NCBI GenBank assembly: GCA_044226625.1
Contig: JBGAGQ010000014.1
Location: 1-64,000, forward strand
DNA length: 64,000 nt
Direction of reading: 5' to 3'
Source of the DNA: Thermoanaerobaculia bacterium
GTDB lineage: Bacteria; Acidobacteriota; Thermoanaerobaculia; Multivoradales; UBA5704
The position numbers and the translations under genes are program-made. The notes beneath the pieces were generated by a model. The model was not told the DNA's origin. It searched no databases and was given only the letters and a program-made list of their open reading frames with translations. This document shows positions 9,680 to 19,251 of the stretch, piece by piece. Numbering within the stretch: the first letter of the stretch is position 1; each line of letters starts with the position of its first letter.

Positions 9680-11596
9680 ATGGCGCGCATCCATCACTTG
9701 TCGGACACTCTGATCTCGCAGATCGCCGCCGGGGAGGTGGTCGAGCGCCCGGCATCCGTGGCCAAAGAGCTGGTTGAAAACTCGCTCGACGCCGGGGCGA
9801 CGGAGATCCGGGTCGATCTCGAAGCAGGCGGTAAGCAGCGGATCTCGGTCGCCGACGACGGCTGCGGCATGGACCGCGACGACGCCCTACTCGCGTTCGA
9901 CCGTCATGCGACGAGCAAGATCGCGAGCTTCGAGGAGCTCGAACGGGTAGGGACGCTCGGCTTTCGCGGCGAGGCGCTCGCGACGATCGGCGCCGTCTCG
10001 CGGGTGGTGCTCACGACTGCCGAGCGGCCGGGCGAAGGGACACGGGTGGCGATCGAAGGGGGGCGGGTGACCGTCGCCGAGCCGTTTGCCCGCACCCGCG
10101 GTACGACGATCGAGGTCCGGTCGCTGTTCTGGAACGTGCCGGCGCGGCGCAAGTTCCTGAAGACCTCCGACACTGAGCTGCGCCGGGCGCTCGAGACCGT
10201 CCAGGGATACGCCCTGGCCCGTCCGGACGTCCGGTTCACCGTGGCGCACGAGGGGCGGGTCCTGCTCGACGCCCTCGCCGCCGAGTCCAACGCGGACGGC
10301 GGTTCAGGATCGGCGGGCGCCGCGCGGCGGATCGGCCAGATCTTCGGCGAGCCGTTCGCCCGGCAGCTCGCCACGATCCCACCGGCCGACGCGGACGCCC
10401 CCTGGGCGCGAGAGGGCGAGGTGATCTCCGGCTTGATCGGCACGCCCGAGACCGCGCGGGGGCGGCGCCACTTCACCTTCGTCAACCGCCGGCTGCTGCG
10501 CGACCGGGGAATTCTCGCCACGTTCTATCGCGCGGTGCGCGAGGAGTGGCGAAGCGAGGACTTTCCAGCTGTGTTCCTCTTCCTCGACGTGCCGCCGTCC
10601 GAGGTCGACGTCAACGTCCACCCCCAGAAGGCCGAGGTCCGATTTCGCGATCCCGCGTTTCTGGGCAGGGTCGAGCGCGCCCTCCGGCGCGGTCTCGAAA
10701 AGGCGCGCGGAGAGGAAGCGGCTCCCCTGCGCGATCTCTCCCGCTCGTTGCCCGTGGGCTCGCTCGGAACCTTCTCCTGGCAGGGGCTCGGCGGGAGCTC
10801 GCCCTACCCGACGCCGAGCACCGCGACGAATCCAGCCGAGATCGCTGAACGGCCCCACGCGTCTGAACGGTGGATCACCTCCGAGGCGCAGCCGCCGCTC
10901 GCGACGGCCTCGCCCGAGGTGACGCGTTTGGCGACCGCGGCCTATGCCCCGATCGGCGAGCGCGCGGCCGTTCCCCTGTCAGGCCGAAGCGGTGAGCGCC
11001 GGCCGTTCCGGCTGCTCGGCCAATACAAAGGGACCTTGATCCTCCTTGAGGGGCCGGACGGTCTCTATCTGATCGATCAACACGTCGCGCACGAGCGGAT
11101 CCTTTTCGAACGGCTCCGCCGCTCGCTCGCCGCGACCAGCCGGGCCGCCCAGAGGCTCGTCCATCCGATCCTCCTGGAGCTCTCGGCCGCCGAGCGGCTG
11201 CGCCTCCTGGAGATCGCTCCGTCGCTTGAAAAAGCCGGGTTCGAGATCGTCGAGATGTCCGGCACGGAGGTCGGTCTCACCTCGCTGCCTGCGGTGCTTT
11301 CCGCGGATCAGGGGGAAAAGCTGCTGCGCGCGCTCGCCTCTTCCTCGATCGGCGGCGCCGAGATCGAGGGCGCCCAGGGGGCCGAGATCCTCGCCCGGCA
11401 GATCCTCGACGCGCTTGCGGCGACCCTCTCCTGCAAATCGGCGATCAAGATGCACCATCCTCTCGCGCCGCTCGAAATGGAAGCCCTGATCGCCGAGCTG
11501 TTCGCCGCGGAGAATCCCTACGCTTGCCCGCACGGCCGGCCGGTCGTACTGCAGATGACTGACGCGGACCTCGAGCGACGCTTCGGGCGACGCTAG
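9680..11596 (+). CDS. mutL: DNA mismatch repair endonuclease MutL
   Basis: IAAGEVVERPASVAKELVENSLDAGA, GFRGEAL, DVNVHPQK, DQHVAHERILFE, CPHGRP. Confidence 0.97.
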   Translation: MARIHHLSDTLISQIAAGEVVERPASVAKELVENSLDAGATEIRVDLEAGGKQRISVADDGCGMDRDDALLAFDRHATSKIASFEELERVGTLGFRGEALATIGAVSRVVLTTAERPGEGTRVAIEGGRVTVAEPFARTRGTTIEVRSLFWNVPARRKFLKTSDTELRRALETVQGYALARPDVRFTVAHEGRVLLDALAAESNADGGSGSAGAARRIGQIFGEPFARQLATIPPADADAPWAREGEVISGLIGTPETARGRRHFTFVNRRLLRDRGILATFYRAVREEWRSEDFPAVFLFLDVPPSEVDVNVHPQKAEVRFRDPAFLGRVERALRRGLEKARGEEAAPLRDLSRSLPVGSLGTFSWQGLGGSSPYPTPSTATNPAEIAERPHASERWITSEAQPPLATASPEVTRLATAAYAPIGERAAVPLSGRSGERRPFRLLGQYKGTLILLEGPDGLYLIDQHVAHERILFERLRRSLAATSRAAQRLVHPILLELSAAERLRLLEIAPSLEKAGFEIVEMSGTEVGLTSLPAVLSADQGEKLLRALASSSIGGAEIEGAQGAEILARQILDALAATLSCKSAIKMHHPLAPLEMEALIAELFAAENPYACPHGRPVVLQMTDADLERRFGRR

Positions 11597-11630
11597 AGCG
11601 CCGGGTCTTGCCTGGTAACATCTTCGGGCC

Positions 11631-12320
11631 ATGTTCGGCCGCCGTCCACTCCATCCCCTCGAAGAGCGTCTCGACTACCGGTTTCGCCAGCCGGAGCTGC
11701 TCAAGCTCGCTCTCACCCACCGGTCGGCCGCCAACGAGCACAAGGTCGAGCGGCACTACGAGCGGCTGGAGTTCCTGGGCGACGCCGTGCTCGGCCTGGT
11801 GACGGCGGAATGGCTGTATCAGCGGAACCCGACCTTACCCGAGGGGCAGCTCTCCAAGCTCAAGGCACAGCTGGTGAGCCGATCGACGCTCGCCCCGCAT
11901 GCTGAGCGCTTGGAGCTCGGCAAGGAGCTAGAGCTGGGCGTCGGCGAGGAGCGGTCGGGCGGGCGGACCAAGGCGTCGTTGCTCGCCAACTCGCTCGAGG
12001 CGGTCTTCGGTGCCATGTTCCTCGACGGCGGTCTCGACCCGGCGCGAACCGCGATCGAGGCGATGCTCGAGACCGCGTCGACCAGCGGCGCCTCGCTCCT
12101 CTCGGTCGACGCGAAGACGCGACTCCAGGAGGTTTCGCAGGCCAACGGTGGCGAGCTTCCGGAGTACCGGCTGATCGGACAGAGCGGCCCCGATCACGAC
12201 CGAGTTTACGAGGTCGAATGCTGGATGGCGGGGCAGCTCGCAGGCAACGGGACCGGTTCGAGCAAGAAAGCCGCGGAGCAGCGCGCGGCGGCCGACGCTC
12301 TCGCCAAGCTGGGGAAATAG
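11631..12320 (+). CDS. rnc: Ribonuclease III
   Basis: ERLEFLGDAVLG signature; dsRBD with KTRLQE, GPDH, SKKAAEQRAA. Confidence 0.97.
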   Translation: MFGRRPLHPLEERLDYRFRQPELLKLALTHRSAANEHKVERHYERLEFLGDAVLGLVTAEWLYQRNPTLPEGQLSKLKAQLVSRSTLAPHAERLELGKELELGVGEERSGGRTKASLLANSLEAVFGAMFLDGGLDPARTAIEAMLETASTSGASLLSVDAKTRLQEVSQANGGELPEYRLIGQSGPDHDRVYEVECWMAGQLAGNGTGSSKKAAEQRAAADALAKLGK

Positions 12321-12333
12321 CTACCGCCGCTCC

Positions 12334-14208
12334 CTACCGTACGACGTAGTTTCGTCGCATCGCCGCCCGGCGCTCGTACTCGGGATCATCGAAGCGAGCG
12401 GCCAGCTCTTCCGACGTCGGCAGGATCATGACCATCGGCCGCCAGACGAACGGCTTGCCGGTCTCGGCGTCGACCACCTTTTGATCGGCGACCTGTCGTG
12501 TCGTTTCCGCGAGCGGACGCCCGGCAAGCGCGGCTTCGAGACCGGCGATCGTCGCCTCGTCATCGGGCTCGAGGAAGCGGAGGAGGCGACGCCCCTTGGC
12601 CGCCAGGTGGTAGTACGAAGGGACGAACGAGATGCCCGCGAGCGACAGGCGATCGCAGGCCGCGACTAGGAGCGCCATCACCTCAGCGAGCAGGCCGAGG
12701 CCAGGATGCTGCTGGCCGGGCAGGCCGAGGGAGCCCGGCGGAAAGGTCGCGCGCGGATCCTGGAGCAGCAGCCATTCGAGATGGAGGAGCGGAACGCCGG
12801 GCAGCAGGCGGCGATCGATCCGCGCACGGATCTCCATGAGCAGCTCTCGCTGGCTGGGATCGCCGTAGAGGCGCGCCATGTCGCCCGCGGGCTGGCCCAG
12901 CTCGAGCTCGATCGACGGCCGATCGTATCCGCGGGCGCGCAGCCGTTCGAGGAGGCCCGCCCTCTCGAGCGCCAGCTCGATGCCCGATCGGGAGTAGAAG
13001 CCGAGGAAGCGGCTCGGTCGCCCGAGTCCGGTACCTGGCGCGGGGGCCAGGTCCTCCTCGGTGAGCCCCCAGTCGTCGTCGGCGGGTCCGCCGTCCGCCT
13101 CGGGCCGGTCGGCCTCGTCCTCCGCGCTGAGTCGATGCGCCGGAAGCTCGTTCGCCAGAGCGCGGAAGCGCAGCAGCAGCGCCTCCTCCGAACCCGGAGG
13201 CTCGATCTCCCGGCCGCTCGCGAGCCAACCGAGGAAGCGCGCCGGATAACGCCAAGCGCCCTTGCCGTACCCTCCGGCGAGGACGATTGCGAGCCGAGGC
13301 GGAGCTTTCTGAGCCGCGAGCCGTTCGACCACGAACTGGTCGCGCGCGAGCATCCCCGCGGGCGTGACGCGCCAATCGCCGATCGCGTCGTCGCGCGCCG
13401 GGTCGGAACCCGCGACGTAGACCGCGAGGTCGGGCGCCCATCGCTCGACGAGCGGAGGAAAGTGGGCGCGGATCGCCGCGAGGTATGCGTCGTCCCCGAC
13501 ACCCGATCCGAGTTCGATCACCGTCGCGTTGTCCGCTCCGGCCGCGGTCGTGAGGTTGTGAATCGAAAAGGTGTGAGTAAGCTCGTCGCCCGCCAGGATC
13601 CTGCGAGTTCCGTCCCCGTCGTGGAGATCGAGGTCGATCACCAGGACCTTGCCCGGGTAGCCGCGGGAGCGTAACGATGCGATCGCCGCGCCAACGTCGT
13701 TGACGGCGCAGAACCGCTCGCCCCGATCGGAGAAGGCGTGATGGAAGCCGCCGCCCAGGTTCACCGCCGGTCTGGCACTCCCGGTCAGTGCTCGGGGCAC
13801 CTCCTCCCGATCGGTGATTCCGAGCGCGAGCTCGAGCGCCAGCCGCGTTCCACCCGCCATCGTCCGCTGCGCTTCAAGGAACGCCTCGGCCAGATTGTCG
13901 GGCGGCGCGAATCCGAGGATCGGCACCAGCGCCCCCGGCCGGCCGAGCGTTTCGAGGTAGTCGTCGGTGTGGACGCGTCTCAGATCGTGAAACGACATCG
14001 GCTCGGGGCGGCGGACGTCGTCGGCGCCGATCAACCCTTCCGCCGAGAGAAAGCCGAGGATGCGCTCGCCCCGCCGCGCGTCATGGCCGACGCCGGCGAG
14101 GTCGAGCGCATAGCGCGGCTCGTAGACCACCTGGAGGGTCGGGCCCGCAAAGCTGCGGGACAGCCGCCGAAGCGCGCGCCGGATCGGACCGGCGGGTGGA
14201 GAGGGCAT
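12334..14208 (-). CDS. Zn-dependent histone deacetylase family protein with extra C-terminal domain
   Basis: GGFHHA, GERFC, DLDLHDGDGT, GSDP..DD, GGY; additional ~240-aa domain after an acidic linker. Confidence 0.88.
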   Translation of the reverse strand: MPSPPAGPIRRALRRLSRSFAGPTLQVVYEPRYALDLAGVGHDARRGERILGFLSAEGLIGADDVRRPEPMSFHDLRRVHTDDYLETLGRPGALVPILGFAPPDNLAEAFLEAQRTMAGGTRLALELALGITDREEVPRALTGSARPAVNLGGGFHHAFSDRGERFCAVNDVGAAIASLRSRGYPGKVLVIDLDLHDGDGTRRILAGDELTHTFSIHNLTTAAGADNATVIELGSGVGDDAYLAAIRAHFPPLVERWAPDLAVYVAGSDPARDDAIGDWRVTPAGMLARDQFVVERLAAQKAPPRLAIVLAGGYGKGAWRYPARFLGWLASGREIEPPGSEEALLLRFRALANELPAHRLSAEDEADRPEADGGPADDDWGLTEEDLAPAPGTGLGRPSRFLGFYSRSGIELALERAGLLERLRARGYDRPSIELELGQPAGDMARLYGDPSQRELLMEIRARIDRRLLPGVPLLHLEWLLLQDPRATFPPGSLGLPGQQHPGLGLLAEVMALLVAACDRLSLAGISFVPSYYHLAAKGRRLLRFLEPDDEATIAGLEAALAGRPLAETTRQVADQKVVDAETGKPFVWRPMVMILPTSEELAARFDDPEYERRAAMRRNYVVR

Positions 14209-14217
14209 GCGGGAAGG

Positions 14218-14574
14218 CTAACGCAACTCGACCCAGGTGGCCCCCCAGCCTCCCGACTCGACCGGCGGGTCGCCGAACGAGACGACCCGCGGATCCGCGG
14301 CGAGGATCTGGCGGGTAATTTCACGCTGCACGCCGATCCCCTTGCCGTGGACGATGCGCACGCGGCGAAAGCCCGCGCCGTAGGCCGCGTCCAGATACTC
14401 GCGGACCAGACCGGGGATCTCTCGCGGCGGAAAGCTGTGGAGGTCGAGCACGTCGGTGAGGGTGAGCACCACCGTGTCGGGGAGCTCCTCCTCTTCGTCG
14501 AAGGGGACGGGCGGAGGGGCGGGCGCCGTACCGCGCCGCACCCCCTCGACCAGCCGTCGCCAGAGCCCGCCCAT
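14218..14574 (-). CDS. Smr domain protein
   Basis: LDLHSF, RIVHGKGIG, GGWGATWVEL; ATG at 14574 just after the upstream gene stop. Confidence 0.9.
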   Translation of the reverse strand: MGGLWRRLVEGVRRGTAPAPPPVPFDEEEELPDTVVLTLTDVLDLHSFPPREIPGLVREYLDAAYGAGFRRVRIVHGKGIGVQREITRQILAADPRVVSFGDPPVESGGWGATWVELR

Positions 14575-14582
14575 CTCCGACC

Positions 14583-17500
14583 CTACTTGAACAGCTTCAG
14601 GAACACGACGTACGCGACGAAACCGTCGTCGGGGCCGGCGACCGGCACGCCGAGATCGAGATTCACCACGGTCTTCCAGGGGCCGATGAAAGTCCCCGCG
14701 ATCCCGACTCCGGAGAGCAGCTCCCGGTCGAGGCCGGTGTCCTCGTCGGTCGCCCAGGCCGCGTCGCCCAGGAGGTCGAGCCGGAACAGGTCGCCGATCG
14801 CAAACCCGTAGGAGAGGTGCGCCGCCTCGACCTCTGTCGCGCGCACCCGGTTGCTCTGATAACCGTGAACCTGAGTCGAGCCGAAGAAGCCGAACTCGTA
14901 CTTGGAAAAGCGGTCGAGGTCCTGGCCTCCGAGGTAGTTCACCTGGGCCGACAAGCGGGTGAACTTCGGCAGGTTCCAGGTCTTGGCGAGCGAAGCCTCC
15001 CAACGTAGGTAGTCCTTTTTGTCCGGGTCGTAATCTGGGTTTCCAGGCAAGCCCCACGGTTCCCACTTCGAGCGGCTGTGAAAGCTGCCGGCGAGGTCGA
15101 GCCGGTACCCGGCGCGGGCGTACCGGCCGGTCAGCTCCAACCGCTGCGCGAGGTTGTTGCTCGGCAGGCGGAAGTTGCGATCGGCGGTGTCGACCCGCGA
15201 GTAGGTGGTGGAGACCAGACCGTAACGCAGCCCCCATTTGAAGAAGTTCCCGACCGGGTGGCCGAGGTTCAGGGTGAAGCTCGCGGGACGCGTCTTCACC
15301 TCTTCGGCCGGCACCTCGCGGTTGTCGCGGAAGAGCTGGTCCGAGCCGGAGATCGCCAGACCGAAAACGTCGATGCCGAAGTCGAACTTGCTGCCGAACA
15401 GTCGCGGCTGGGCGGCGTTTCCGACCAGGAGGAGGCCGCCGAAGAAGACGTTGACCTGCTGGCCGGTTCCCTTGAAGTCGAGCGAGAAGTAGTTGATCCC
15501 GGCGAGCGGCAGCGGGTAGTCGAACGAGTCGTCGTAGAACAGCCCGCCCGCGAGGAACAGCTTGTCGCGGTCGAATCCCTCCTTGACCACCCGCTCGCCC
15601 TTTTCGTCCTTGACCAGATAGCGCAGACCCTTGGCGGTATCACGGACGATCGTCGCGTCCGAAGCGTTGGCCGCCGTGCGCGCTTCGGCAAAACCGTCGG
15701 CGTTGACCTTCACCTCGGTAAGACGCGTTTCGCGCTCGACGATCGTGGCGGTGTTGACGACCGAGAGGATCTGCTGGGCGAGCACCTTGAGCGGAAGGAT
15801 GAAGCTCCCGCTGGCCCACGGTGCCGGGGCGCCCTCTGCGTCGATCGGGGTGTAGAGGAGGGTCTCCTCGTTCGAGAGGACCTCACCTTCGAGCCCGAGC
15901 TGGACCGCTCGCGTCTTCAGACGAGACGAGATCTGCTTGTCGACCCAGACCGTCCCTTTATAGAGCCGGTCCTTTGCTCCTTCGGCAGCGCCCACGGGCT
16001 CGAAATCGACCACCCAGGCCGCGCGGCCGTCGATCGTGTCGCTGCCGCGCAAGGTATAGCGGTACTGCTTGCCGAACGTGATCTCGCCCGGCATGGTCGC
16101 GGCCTTCTCGGGCTGGATCAGTGGGATCTCCGGGATGGTTTTGCTGCGCCAGCGGACGCCGTTCAAGAACAGGTTGCTCCAGACCCAGTCGGGCGGCACG
16201 CCGCGCTCCACGAAGTAGGGGCCTTCGAGCGTCGCCTCGATCGTCTGGGTGCCGGCGGCGGGGAAACGGAGGGAGGTCGAGTTGATCGCCTGGTAGTGGT
16301 CGATGCGACGATTCTGCGCGTCCTCGAACGCCTGGAGACGGCGCAGGACCTCCTCGACGGTCATCCCGCGGTCGCCGGAAACGGTGACCTTTTCCTCGAT
16401 CCCCTCCCGCTCGGCGGCAGTCGGGCGATCGAGTGCCAGGATCTCGACCGGGGCCGCATCGGCGAGGCGAACCTCGAGACCGCCGCCCGCGACCTTGCCG
16501 CTCGGTGGGCCGACCTTGCGCGCGAAATAGCTGTAGCGGACCGGCCGGCGCAGCTCCGCATCGGGGAACCGTAGCGCCATCTCCTTCGCGCCCGGTGGCG
16601 TGGCGGCGATCACCCGCACGCCGAGATCCTTGCCGCGGACGAATGCCCAGGCGTCGGCGCCGGTGGGGGTCGACGTCGGGTCGTATGACAGGTCGCCCGC
16701 GAACTCCCGGGCGAGAAGGACGAGGGGAGCGAGAAACGGAATCGGCGCGCCCGTCTGGTTTCCGGAGATCGGAGTGCCCGACGTCTGAGAGTCTGTTGGG
16801 GGAGCTGGCGCCGCCGGCGCCTGGAACAGGGTGAGCGCCACCCCCCGGGTGACGTTTCGTGCTGCTTCGACCAGGACCCCGCCGGCCTCAACCGGCGCTT
16901 CCGCCGCGTCGAGCACAACGGGGCGTCCCGGGTCGAGCTCGGAAAGCTTGGCGACCGCCGCGGTAAGGGCTTCCGCAGAGGCCGGGGCGAAGGCGACCAC
17001 CTCCAGGTAAGCGGCGATCTCTTCGGCGTAGAACGCGGTGAGGAAAGAGGGATCGGCCGGCAGCGGCCCAGCCGCGACTTTGCCTTCGGGAGCCGCGCCG
17101 GTGAGCACCACGGCAGCCCTCTTGAGGAGGAAGCCGTATTGGGCGGGATCGGCGGTCGAACTTTCCGTCGCGCCGTCCGGACGCCAGGAGACTTCGAAAA
17201 ACGCTCCGGCGGGAGCCGCAGCCGCGATCTTCGCCACCTCGCCGAGCTCCTGTTGAAGCTGGTCGAGATGCTGGGTGAGCGGGGCCGGGGTGCGGAAAAC
17301 CAGAGTGAGCCAGGGGGTGGCGCCCGCGCCGAACAGCTCGGCCGCCGGGGCGGCGTCAGCGCTGCCGTCGAGCGGGAGGTCCCAGGCCACGAAAAGGGGG
17401 CCGCCCGGTTCGAGCGTCCCGGCGGCGATCGCGCCGATCGAGCCGGACGTGGCGCTCGGATCGGCTGGAGCGGCAAGGCGTACCCCCCCGCAAGGCTGGC

Positions 17501-17612
17501 AGGGAAGAGTGGCTGCCCGAAGCGGAACGGGTACGACGAAAGTGACGAGGACGCCGAGGGCGAGGAAGAACGTCGGAACGAGAGAGAGCGCGCGCTTCAT
17601 GACGACGAGCAT
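14583..17612 (-). CDS. Large exported protein with LolA/RseB-like middle domain and C-terminal outer-membrane beta-barrel
   Basis: Signal peptide; YRYTLRGSDTIDGRAAWVVDFEP..YKGTVWVDK (LolA-like); amphipathic strands ending AYVVFLKLFK. Confidence 0.65.
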   Translation of the reverse strand: MLVVMKRALSLVPTFFLALGVLVTFVVPVPLRAATLPCQPCGGVRLAAPADPSATSGSIGAIAAGTLEPGGPLFVAWDLPLDGSADAAPAAELFGAGATPWLTLVFRTPAPLTQHLDQLQQELGEVAKIAAAAPAGAFFEVSWRPDGATESSTADPAQYGFLLKRAAVVLTGAAPEGKVAAGPLPADPSFLTAFYAEEIAAYLEVVAFAPASAEALTAAVAKLSELDPGRPVVLDAAEAPVEAGGVLVEAARNVTRGVALTLFQAPAAPAPPTDSQTSGTPISGNQTGAPIPFLAPLVLLAREFAGDLSYDPTSTPTGADAWAFVRGKDLGVRVIAATPPGAKEMALRFPDAELRRPVRYSYFARKVGPPSGKVAGGGLEVRLADAAPVEILALDRPTAAEREGIEEKVTVSGDRGMTVEEVLRRLQAFEDAQNRRIDHYQAINSTSLRFPAAGTQTIEATLEGPYFVERGVPPDWVWSNLFLNGVRWRSKTIPEIPLIQPEKAATMPGEITFGKQYRYTLRGSDTIDGRAAWVVDFEPVGAAEGAKDRLYKGTVWVDKQISSRLKTRAVQLGLEGEVLSNEETLLYTPIDAEGAPAPWASGSFILPLKVLAQQILSVVNTATIVERETRLTEVKVNADGFAEARTAANASDATIVRDTAKGLRYLVKDEKGERVVKEGFDRDKLFLAGGLFYDDSFDYPLPLAGINYFSLDFKGTGQQVNVFFGGLLLVGNAAQPRLFGSKFDFGIDVFGLAISGSDQLFRDNREVPAEEVKTRPASFTLNLGHPVGNFFKWGLRYGLVSTTYSRVDTADRNFRLPSNNLAQRLELTGRYARAGYRLDLAGSFHSRSKWEPWGLPGNPDYDPDKKDYLRWEASLAKTWNLPKFTRLSAQVNYLGGQDLDRFSKYEFGFFGSTQVHGYQSNRVRATEVEAAHLSYGFAIGDLFRLDLLGDAAWATDEDTGLDRELLSGVGIAGTFIGPWKTVVNLDLGVPVAGPDDGFVAYVVFLKLFK

Positions 17613-17661
17613 ATCTAGATTCCCCGCCGGCCTGGGACCGAGTTAGACTGCGTGCAATCCC

Positions 17662-18774
17662 ATGGAATTCTCCGGACGCATCGAGGCATTCCCACCGGGG
17701 GACCTCCTCCAGTGGGCCAAGAACGAGAGGAGCACGGGCGCGCTCGTATTTCGGCGTAGCGATCGGGAGAAGCGCGTCTACTTCAACCACGGCGAGATCG
17801 TGTCTTGCCTGTCGAACGATCCCGCGGAGTATTTCGGCCAACACCTCCTCTTGAGCGGGGCGATCACCGAGGATCAGCTCTTCTCGGCGCTGACCCACTG
17901 CACGAGGAAAGGAGTCCGCCTCGGCTCCGCCCTGTCCGAGCTCGGCATCCTGGCCCCCGAAGGGGTCCAGTCCTCTCTCCACCAGCACATCTTCGACTTG
18001 ATCTGCGACTTGTTCCTCTGGGAGCACGGCGTCTTCTATTTCGAATCGGAGATGCCGCCGGACGAAGAGATCCTTCCGCACCCGATCGAGTCGATCGGAC
18101 TGGTGCTCGAAGGTACGCGCTGGCTCGACGAGCGCGGACGGATGCGCAAGGTCTTCGTCCACGACAACGTGGTCTTGCGCCGCGGGCGCAATTGGCCGGG
18201 CAAGTCCCTCACCTCGGCGCAGCGGAAGATCGCCGAGGCGGTGGACGGCAAACGGACGCTGCGCGAGCTCTACCAGGCCGTGCGCGGCTCGTACTTCCGC
18301 TTTCTCGAGAACGGCTTTCAGCTTTGCGTCGACGAGACGCTCGACATTGAGGACGTGGGCGATCCGATCGAGTCGGGGACGCTCCAGCTTTCGGTGCTCG
18401 ACCTCCTGTTGGAGCGGGCCGCCGAGGAGCAGTCGCTGATCGCCCGCCGCCACATGGCGATTCCCCTCGATCTCCTGGAGCGGGCGGTGCCGATCTGGGT
18501 TCTCGAGCCGGCGGAGGAGGAAAAGAAGCGCATGCCCTCCCGGGCGCGCGACTTCTACGAGAGGATCGACGGCATCACCGCGCTCGCCCAGGCCTTTTCG
18601 GGCGATCCGCGTCTTCGTGGCAAAGAGATGGACCTGCTGCTCCACCAGATGCAGAAGGGACGGATCGCCCTCCTGCCGGCTCCGTTGGCCGAGCTCGATC
18701 GCGGAGCCGACGAGGCGCAAACGCCGCAGCCGAAACGCTGGTGGCGCAAGGTTTTTCCCTCCTCGAACGGCTAG
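17662..18774 (+). CDS. DUF4388 (PATAN-like) domain protein
   Basis: FSGRIEAFPPGDLLQW..STGALVF..KRVYFNHGEIV; LFLWEHGVFYF; LVLEGTRWLDE. Confidence 0.8.
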   Translation: MEFSGRIEAFPPGDLLQWAKNERSTGALVFRRSDREKRVYFNHGEIVSCLSNDPAEYFGQHLLLSGAITEDQLFSALTHCTRKGVRLGSALSELGILAPEGVQSSLHQHIFDLICDLFLWEHGVFYFESEMPPDEEILPHPIESIGLVLEGTRWLDERGRMRKVFVHDNVVLRRGRNWPGKSLTSAQRKIAEAVDGKRTLRELYQAVRGSYFRFLENGFQLCVDETLDIEDVGDPIESGTLQLSVLDLLLERAAEEQSLIARRHMAIPLDLLERAVPIWVLEPAEEEKKRMPSRARDFYERIDGITALAQAFSGDPRLRGKEMDLLLHQMQKGRIALLPAPLAELDRGADEAQTPQPKRWWRKVFPSSNG

Positions 18775-18803
18775 TGCGAGCCGGCGAGGAGTCGAGGTCC
18801 GAC

Positions 18804-19208
18804 ATGTTGGTCAAACATCTGATGACAGCGAACGTCTCGGCGCTTTCGCCGCAGGACGATCTTGCGGCCGTGCGCGACCTGATGGTCGAGCGGCACATCC
18901 GCCATGTACCCATCGTCGACTCGGAAGGTGTCCTGGTCGGCTTGGTGACCCATCGCGATCTGCTTCGCTTCACGTCCGTTTCCCCCTCGGGGCCGCCGGC
19001 CGCCGAAGGGGATCCTCTCGCTCAGATCTCGATCGAAGAGGCGATGGTTCACGACGTACGGACCGTGGCGCCGACGACCGACCTGCGGGAGGCGGCTCAG
19101 ATCATGTACGAGAACAAGTTCGGCTGCCTGCCGGTTCTCAGCGACCGCCAGCTGGTGGGCATCCTCACCGAAGCCGACTTCGTTCAGTTGATGGCGCGGG
19201 GGAACTGA
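18804..19208 (+). CDS. CBS domain pair protein (AcuB-like)
   Basis: VKHLMT..RHVPIVD..LVGLVTHRDL; FGCLPV..LVGILTEADF. Confidence 0.9.
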   Translation: MLVKHLMTANVSALSPQDDLAAVRDLMVERHIRHVPIVDSEGVLVGLVTHRDLLRFTSVSPSGPPAAEGDPLAQISIEEAMVHDVRTVAPTTDLREAAQIMYENKFGCLPVLSDRQLVGILTEADFVQLMARGN

Positions 19209-19251
19209 GCCGGCGACGCCCGTTTCGCGGAGTCGAAGCGCCGCGGCGAGC

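Noticed and set aside
14575-15237. N-terminal extension of the Smr ORF (339 aa)
   Set aside because: Overlaps the upstream outer-membrane gene in another frame; real start is likely 14574.
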